Shown piece after piece: positions 44,244 through 50,487 of a stretch of 50,487 nucleotides of DNA. Origin of the DNA: Pyrinomonadaceae bacterium (GTDB lineage: Bacteria; Acidobacteriota; Blastocatellia; Pyrinomonadales; Pyrinomonadaceae); the NCBI GenBank assembly GCA_043772175.1, contig JAYVGL010000167.1, positions 1 through 50,487 on the forward strand, written 5' to 3'. A program made the position numbers and the translations under genes. Below the pieces are notes generated by a model. That model made no database searches. It was not told the origin of the DNA and worked only from the letters and a program-made list of their open reading frames with translations. How positions within the stretch are numbered: the first letter of the stretch is position 1; each line of letters starts with the position of its first letter.

Positions 44244-46958
44244 ATGCACATCACAAAAATCGAACTCGAAGACATTAAATCTCATCAGGCGGCGACTTTT
44301 GATTTTCAGCGCGGGACAACGGCGATCACCGGCGCGAACGGCGCGGGGAAAACGACGATTATCGAAGCGGTCGCGTGGACTTTATTCGATTTGCTCGATT
44401 ACAAAAAAGACGATTTCGTGCGGCGCGGCGCAAAGAAAGGCGTGGTCAACGTAACTTTTGAAAGCGGTTTGGACGAGCGCGAGTATCGCGTTTACCGCGA
44501 CACGGGAACCGGTTATTACGTTTACGACATCGCGCTCAAAAATCGCATCGCCGATAAAAAAGAAGAAGTTACGCGCTTTTTGTGGCAGCATCTCGGAGTT
44601 GAAGCGGGAACTGATTTAGAGTCCTTGTTTCGCCGCGCCATCGGCGTTCCGCAGGGAACTTTTACGGCGATCTTCTTAGAAACCGCCGCCGAACGGAAAA
44701 AGGCTTTCGATAAACTTTTGAAGGTCGAAGAATATCGGGAAGGCGCGGATAAATTACTGACAACTTCGCGTTATATCGAGATGCAGATTGGTGCAGCGAG
44801 GGAGAAAATCGCCCGCGCCGAAGGCGAATTGGCGCGATTTGAAACGGTCGAAGCCGAACATAAAATCTACGCAGCGCAAACTGCCGAACTAGCGTTGAAA
44901 CTCGAAACACTCGAAAAAGAAATCGTCGAAAAAGGCGCGTCGGTCAAAGATTACGACGAAATCGAAAAACAGGTTAACGAATTAAAAGCGACTTTCGATC
45001 AATTAAACACGGAAAAAATCCGCGCTGAAATCACGCTCGAACAAAAGTCGAACGAGTTGAATCAAGCTAAAAACGCCGCCGCCAAAATCGAAATCGTCCG
45101 CGCCGATTACGAAACGCATCTTTCGGCAACCGGCAAATTAAAAGAATTGGAGCGCGAACGCGGGATGCGCGATCAACTTAATCAGGAAAAATCGAAAATC
45201 GAAACCGCCCAAATCAACGTCAAAGCCGAAAAAAGACGTTTTCAGGAAAATCTCGAAAAATCGCTGAACGCAAAACGCGAAACGGAAATTTTAACGCCGC
45301 AAATCGCCGAACAGGAAACGCTCGAAAAACAAATCGAAACACTGCGAAACACGCTGGCGAACGCTCGCGCCAAAGAAAGTCTGATTAAAAGTCTGGACGA
45401 TAAAATAAATCGTCTGCGCGAAAGCTACAAGGCGAATCAGACGAATATCCGCGAAGCCGAAGCGAAAACCGCGTTCGCCGCCGATTACGAAACGCTGCAC
45501 AAACGCGACGCGGACATCACGCAGAAAATGGCGCGTTTGCGGGCGCGGCTCGAACACGACGAACAATTTCAGGCGACGGTGAAAGGCGGCGTATGTCCGA
45601 TTTTGTCGCAGAAATGTCTTAATTTGAAATCGGGCGAAACTTTGGAAACTTTTTTGCGGAGTCAATTCGTCGAGTTAAAATCGGAAATCAACGCTTATCA
45701 AAAGGCGCAGATCGAAAACACGACCGCGCTGAAAATCGCCCGTGATGCCGAAAAGTCTCTGGCGACGCTCGAAACTCTGCAAAGCCGCGAACGCGAAATC
45801 GGCGACGAAGGCAAGCGTTTGAAAGAAGAAAAGGAAACGCTGCAAAACGGCGCGGCGGATTACTCCACCTCGCAAAACGCTCTGACGGAAATAGAATCGA
45901 AACTGAAAGCGTTGGAGAATCCGAAAGCGAAAGTTCAGATGATGGCGGCGGAGGCGAAACGCGAAACGGATTGGCGCGAAAAATTGACGGAAGTCGAAAA
46001 AAATCTCGAACGGCTCGAAAGCGACAATCGAATCACGGTCGAGAAACTGGAAAGCTATAAAGATTTGGACGCGAATTGGGCGCGGTATTCTTCGGAGAGA
46101 GACTTGACGGCAAACGCGCACCGCGAATTTCTGACGAACGAAAATCTCGCCAAAATGCTGCCCGAACGCAAAATAAACTTCGCGGAAATCGAACGGCAGA
46201 TGATACTTTTGCGTGAAAATTCGGCGAAAGCGGAAACCGAGTATGAATCGGCAAATCGAAATTACGACCGTGACAAACATTCTGCGGAAAAATTTGCGCT
46301 CGTCGAAATGGAGAGACAGCAGACGGAAACGCGGACGAATCTGGAAAACATCCAAAAGCGCGAAACACAGTTGGCGGAAGAATTAAATCGCCTGACGGAA
46401 ATCCGCCGCTCGATGCAAACGGAATTTCAGGAAAAAGAACGCCTCGAAAAAGTCGGCGAGGCGACCACCTTCATCCGCGAAACTTTAAAGGAAGCCGCGC
46501 CACAAGTCGCTTGGAAATATATTAGTCACATTTCTAAAGAGGCAAATCAAATCTTCCGCGAAATTTCGGGGAATGCAGAACATACTTTGAAATGGGAAGA
46601 TGGAAATACTGATAAAACTTATACTGAATATGAAATTACTCTGGAAGAACTTGGACAAAAACGTCCGTTTCGCAATCTTTCCGGCGGTGAACAAATGGCG
46701 GCGGCTTTATCAGTTCGGCTTGCGCTTCTAATACAACTATCTGATGTCCGAATAGCCTTTTTTGATGAGCCGACAACCAATATGGATGCGGAACGCCGTG
46801 AACGCCTTGCCGAGCAAATAGGGCTTATAACCAAAAAACAGGTAGGAGGGAAACCTTTTTTTGATCAACTTTTTGTTATCTCGCACGATGATACATTTCA
46901 CGGCTACTTGGATAACGAAATTTCAATTTTAGGCAACAAAGAAGAGTCGTCGGCCTAA
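44244..46958 (+). CDS. SbcC/Rad50-like SMC-family ATPase
   Basis: Walker A GANGAGKTT, about 600 aa of coiled coil with a central Cys pair (GGVCPILSQKC), signature LSGGEQ, and Walker B IAFFDEP. Confidence 0.85.
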   Translation: MHITKIELEDIKSHQAATFDFQRGTTAITGANGAGKTTIIEAVAWTLFDLLDYKKDDFVRRGAKKGVVNVTFESGLDEREYRVYRDTGTGYYVYDIALKNRIADKKEEVTRFLWQHLGVEAGTDLESLFRRAIGVPQGTFTAIFLETAAERKKAFDKLLKVEEYREGADKLLTTSRYIEMQIGAAREKIARAEGELARFETVEAEHKIYAAQTAELALKLETLEKEIVEKGASVKDYDEIEKQVNELKATFDQLNTEKIRAEITLEQKSNELNQAKNAAAKIEIVRADYETHLSATGKLKELERERGMRDQLNQEKSKIETAQINVKAEKRRFQENLEKSLNAKRETEILTPQIAEQETLEKQIETLRNTLANARAKESLIKSLDDKINRLRESYKANQTNIREAEAKTAFAADYETLHKRDADITQKMARLRARLEHDEQFQATVKGGVCPILSQKCLNLKSGETLETFLRSQFVELKSEINAYQKAQIENTTALKIARDAEKSLATLETLQSREREIGDEGKRLKEEKETLQNGAADYSTSQNALTEIESKLKALENPKAKVQMMAAEAKRETDWREKLTEVEKNLERLESDNRITVEKLESYKDLDANWARYSSERDLTANAHREFLTNENLAKMLPERKINFAEIERQMILLRENSAKAETEYESANRNYDRDKHSAEKFALVEMERQQTETRTNLENIQKRETQLAEELNRLTEIRRSMQTEFQEKERLEKVGEATTFIRETLKEAAPQVAWKYISHISKEANQIFREISGNAEHTLKWEDGNTDKTYTEYEITLEELGQKRPFRNLSGGEQMAAALSVRLALLIQLSDVRIAFFDEPTTNMDAERRERLAEQIGLITKKQVGGKPFFDQLFVISHDDTFHGYLDNEISILGNKEESSA

Positions 46959-46976
46959 ATAAAATAATTGTGAATT

Positions 46977-48236
46977 TCAATCGCCCGTCATCGTTTCCGC
47001 CGGACGATTGGAAAATTCGCGCCACGATTGCGGATGACTGCCGTCGTCGAGTCTGACCATCGAAATCGCTCCCGGCGCAGGGCAAACCAACGCGCAGAGA
47101 TTGCAGCCGACGCATTCGGGTTCGTCAACGACGGGAAACTTGTCTGCGTCAAAATCGAAACACTGATGCGCTCCGTCTTCGCAGGCGACGTAGCAGAGAT
47201 TGCACTTGATACAATGCTCGTTGTTGACGCGGGCGACGACTTTGTAATTCAAATCAAGATTTCCCCAATCGGTCATTCGATTGACAGATTTTCCGACAAT
47301 ATCGTTGACCGACGCGAAACCTTTGTCGTCGAGATAATTATTCAAGCCGTCAATTAAATCTTCGACGATGCGGTAGCCGTAGTGCATTACGGCGGTGCAA
47401 ATTTGCACGTTCGACGCGCCCAACAGTAAAAATTCCACCGCATCGCGCCAATTATTGATGCCGCCGATGCCGGAAATCGGAATATTCACGCCCGAATCCC
47501 GCGCTAATTCCGAAACCATATTGAGCGCAATCGGTTTGACGGCTGTTCCGCAATAGCCGCCGTGCGCCGCCATTCCGTTGACATTTGGGTAAGGAATCAT
47601 CGTGTCAATGTCCACGCCCATCACAGAATTTATCGTATTTATCAGTGAAATCGCGTCCGCACCGCCGCTCGCCGCCGCGCGTCCGGGCGGCAGAATGCTC
47701 GTGACGTTCGGCGTAAGTTTGACGATCACGGGCAGATTTGAAACTTCCTTCACCCATTCCGTAACCATCTTTGTATATTCGGGAACTTGCCCCATCGCCG
47801 CGCCCATTCCGCGCTCGCTCATTCCGTGCGGGCAGCCGAAATTGAGTTCAAAACCGTCCGCGCCCGTGTCCTGCGATTTTTTAACGATCTCGTGCCAGGC
47901 TTCGCGTTTCGATTCGACCATCAGCGAAATAATCATCGCGTGATTCGGATATCTCTTTTTGCACTCATAAATCTCTTTTAAATTTACATTGAGCGGTCGG
48001 TCGGTAATCAATTCGATATTATTCAGCCCGATCATCCGCTGTGCGCCGTAATCAAGAGCAGCCAGCCGCGACGAAACATTCACAATCGGCTCGCCCAAAG
48101 TCTTCCAAACCGCGCCGCCCCAACCGGCATCAAACGCCCGCTCGACCATCGAACCCATATTCGTCGGCGGCGCGGATGCCAGCCAGAACGGATTCGGCGA
48201 TTTGATGCCCGCGAAATTTGTCGTTAAATCTGCCAT
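46977..48236 (-). CDS. preA: NAD-dependent dihydropyrimidine dehydrogenase subunit PreA-like
   Basis: DHODH-like TIM barrel (FELNFGCPHGM) plus two C-terminal 4Fe-4S motifs (CIKCNLCYVAC, CVGCNLCALVCP). Confidence 0.88.
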   Translation of the reverse strand: MADLTTNFAGIKSPNPFWLASAPPTNMGSMVERAFDAGWGGAVWKTLGEPIVNVSSRLAALDYGAQRMIGLNNIELITDRPLNVNLKEIYECKKRYPNHAMIISLMVESKREAWHEIVKKSQDTGADGFELNFGCPHGMSERGMGAAMGQVPEYTKMVTEWVKEVSNLPVIVKLTPNVTSILPPGRAAASGGADAISLINTINSVMGVDIDTMIPYPNVNGMAAHGGYCGTAVKPIALNMVSELARDSGVNIPISGIGGINNWRDAVEFLLLGASNVQICTAVMHYGYRIVEDLIDGLNNYLDDKGFASVNDIVGKSVNRMTDWGNLDLNYKVVARVNNEHCIKCNLCYVACEDGAHQCFDFDADKFPVVDEPECVGCNLCALVCPAPGAISMVRLDDGSHPQSWREFSNRPAETMTGD

Positions 48237-48441
48237 AATTCTTTTACAAGTTTCCTATCTCCATTCGCTTCAGAGATGCTTTTAGCTCTTCATTCTCAGA
48301 TCTTGTCATTCCACATATCAGGGCTTTGTCCGAAGGATGTCATTCCGAACAATTTAACCGACGTTCAGACGTAATCATACCAAAGATTTGTTTTTGCCGC
48401 TGCTGTTCGGCAGACCGCGCAAATCACGAATCGCCGCCAAG

Positions 48442-48477
48442 AAAAAACCTCGAATCTGAGATTTCAGATTCGAGGTT
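48442..48477 (-). terminator. rho-independent terminator of the RNR gene
   Basis: A 14-bp perfect stem (48446-48459 pairs with 48464-48477) with a 4-nt loop. The A6 run at 48442-47 gives U6 on the minus-strand transcript. Confidence 0.85.
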
Positions 48478-48532
48478 AAATGGTGTTGAAGGTGATTTTG
48501 CTGCTCCGCTTTTATCCGAAAGCCGAACGGTT

Positions 48533-50487
48533 TTATTTGCATTTCGAGTAACCGCAGTCGCGGCAGAAATCACAGCCCGAAGCGTGTTCGAGCTGTCCTT
48601 TGCATTCGGGGCATTCGCCGATCAGCGATGACATCTGCGGTTTCGTTTCGGCGATTGGCAAAATCTCCGCTGCCTTGCCCGATTGACGTTCCGACGCGGG
48701 CAGATTTTTTAAGCGGCGGTCAATCAATAAAAGACATTCGGCAATCGCCTGTTCGGGCGATGTCAAAAGCCGTTCGTTAAACCAGACCGAATGCGTTCCC
48801 GTAACTTTGTTCAGACTGCGGGCGACTTCTTTGACTTCAAATCCGCCGCGCAGCATTTTTGAGGCGAGCAAGCCGACACCTTCGGAAATCGTTCCCGTCG
48901 CAAAAACTTCGAGAACATTGCTGCCGTCGTGATTAACCGTTACATATAGATTGCGTCCGTCGAACGGAATGCGCCACGTCGAACCCTGCAGCTCACGCGG
49001 GCGTTCGATTTTCTCCGCTTTGCGCGTCTGCACTTCGAGTTTCGTCTCGATAAGCGGCTGAGTCGTCGTCAGTTCGCTACATTCTTCGACCAGAACGGTT
49101 CCGGCGTTTTCGGCACTTTCGGGCGTTTCATTCGTTGTCTCCGCCGGTTCTTCTTCAGCTTTCATCGAAGTCAAAACCTGTCCGGTGCGCGAACCGTCGC
49201 GGTAGTATGAAACGCATTTGCAGCCCAAATCACGCGCCATTCGGTAAAGTTCGTCCACCGATTCAATCGTGTCGTCGTTCGCGCCGTTACAGGTTTTCGA
49301 CACGGAATTGTCAACATTTCTCTGCGCCGCCGCCAAGACCTGAACGTGCTGTTTCGACGTAATGTTCAACGCCGAAATAAAATACGGCGGCAGTTTGTCT
49401 TCGTTTTCGACGACGAACTGCGCGGCTTTTTTAATGGATTCTTCATCGGTTTGGTCAACCGTCATTCCCAACGCTTCCGCCGCCGACGTGTGAACGTAAG
49501 TTCTCGTTCCAATCGTATCCTGCCGAACGTAAGCCCACGAAAAATTCGGTTCACAGCCCGACGAAGTTTCGGCGACCAAACTGATCGTTCCGGTCGGCGC
49601 AATCGTCGTCGTTTCGTAGTTGCGCGGAGTCAAAGGCACATCACGCGAAATGCCGATTTCGTCGTAAATAAATTTAGCGTAGGCTTCGCGGTTCGCCTCA
49701 AATTCGGGAAAAGTTCCTTTCTCCGCCCCGATTTTCAAAGATGCCTTCCACGCTTCTTTGCGAACGAAACCCATCACTTTGCCCATCAAGTCAATCGAAG
49801 CCTGTTCGCCGTAGGTGATTTGCAGTTTCAGACACAAATCCGCGAAACCCATAATTCCGAGACCGACCGGGCGAGTGCGTTTGACGACATCATCAATCTC
49901 TGCAAGGGGAAAATCGCCTGCGTCCACGACGTTATCCAGAAACTGCGTGCTGAGCTGCGTTACCTGCGCCAGACGTTCCCACTCGACGCATTCGTCGGCG
50001 TTCACGCCGTCGCCGACTTGCTTGTAAAACTTCGATAAATCAATGCTTCCGAGATTGCAGGAATTATTTGCGTGGAGCATCTGTTCGCCGCACGGATTAC
50101 TCGCAAAAATCGGCCCCATCGAGTTCATCAGATAGTTATGACGATTCACTTCGTCAATGAACGCGATTCCCGGTTCGGCGTATTTGTGCGCCGACGCGAT
50201 AATCCTATTCCAAATATCCGGCGCGTAAACCATTCCGGGCGACGGCGAATTTTCAATCGTGCAGTCGCTCAAATCGGCATCTTCAAAGGCGAATTTGTCG
50301 GCAAACGTCATCGTTTCACCCGTCGGACGACGATAGACGACGTAATCCGTTTCGGTCAGCACGTCGAAAACCGGCTGCGTCCACGCCTCGCCGTCAAATT
50401 CCGTCTGAAACCATTCTTTATTATCAACCGCTTCGAGAAATCTATCGGTAACATTGACGGAAATATTGAAATTCGTCAGTGAATGCT
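48533..50487 (-). CDS. nrdJ: class II (adenosylcobalamin-dependent) ribonucleotide reductase, N-terminus outside the window
   Basis: [22 protein letters not shown]-terminal Cys cluster [25 protein letters not shown]. The frame stays open upstream of the track's GVG start (...[35 protein letters not shown]) to base 50487. Confidence 0.9.
   Translation of the reverse strand, partial: HSLTNFNISVNVTDRFLEAVDNKEWFQTEFDGEAWTQPVFDVLTETDYVVYRRPTGETMTFADKFAFEDADLSDCTIENSPSPGMVYAPDIWNRIIASAHKYAEPGIAFIDEVNRHNYLMNSMGPIFASNPCGEQMLHANNSCNLGSIDLSKFYKQVGDGVNADECVEWERLAQVTQLSTQFLDNVVDAGDFPLAEIDDVVKRTRPVGLGIMGFADLCLKLQITYGEQASIDLMGKVMGFVRKEAWKASLKIGAEKGTFPEFEANREAYAKFIYDEIGISRDVPLTPRNYETTTIAPTGTISLVAETSSGCEPNFSWAYVRQDTIGTRTYVHTSAAEALGMTVDQTDEESIKKAAQFVVENEDKLPPYFISALNITSKQHVQVLAAAQRNVDNSVSKTCNGANDDTIESVDELYRMARDLGCKCVSYYRDGSRTGQVLTSMKAEEEPAETTNETPESAENAGTVLVEECSELTTTQPLIETKLEVQTRKAEKIERPRELQGSTWRIPFDGRNLYVTVNHDGSNVLEVFATGTISEGVGLLASKMLRGGFEVKEVARSLNKVTGTHSVWFNERLLTSPEQAIAECLLLIDRRLKNLPASERQSGKAAEILPIAETKPQMSSLIGECPECKGQLEHASGCDFCRDCGYSKCK

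Overview
This is a 50.5-kb stretch of bacterial chromosome with about 45 protein-coding genes. I see no rRNA, tRNA, CRISPR array, transposase or integrase. Ordinary genes are roughly 52-57% GC by hand count. The gene content suggests Acidobacteriota: a VWA protein with the acidobacterial VWFA-related N-terminal module, DUF4097, DUF3179, many exported hypothetical proteins and a sigma-54 activator. That assignment is inference only. Housekeeping genes are truB (3' end only), grpE, lgt, rluD, tsaD, a two-lipoyl-domain E2 acyltransferase, a beta carbonic anhydrase, a class II-type photolyase, a BshB1-like deacetylase, preA, and a class II ribonucleotide reductase that runs off the right edge. Accessory genes are a MazF-type toxin-antitoxin pair, two tandem Uma2 endonuclease genes and a DUF6883/DUF4926 pair. 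Five items deserve follow-up. (1) A DUF3179 gene (6121..7350) has one interruption, a TGA at the first Cys position of its CxxC motif, and a perfect 9-bp hairpin starts 5 nt downstream; it is a candidate selenoprotein with a SECIS element. (2) A ~2-kb island of about 32% GC (1984..4050) encodes an exported protein with an 8-Cys C-terminal tail and a membrane TlpA-like thioredoxin. The tail gene is thrown out of frame by an A9 run right after its start codon. (3) Two tandem arrays with a ~21-bp period (24880..25047 and 38951..39170) share a TTGCACG core, and each fills the intergenic space upstream of a minus-strand envelope-protein gene. (4) Several intergenic hairpin elements have arms built from short tandem repeats, and one arm type is embedded as (AGTGGAA)x4 inside a glycosyltransferase CDS. 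(5) A same-strand block carries a hypothetical gene, a SAMHD1-like HD phosphohydrolase and an SbcC/Rad50-like ATPase, with no SbcD partner. Two of the broken reading frames sit on homopolymers (A9, G5) and could be assembly errors; the TGA case is not of that type.
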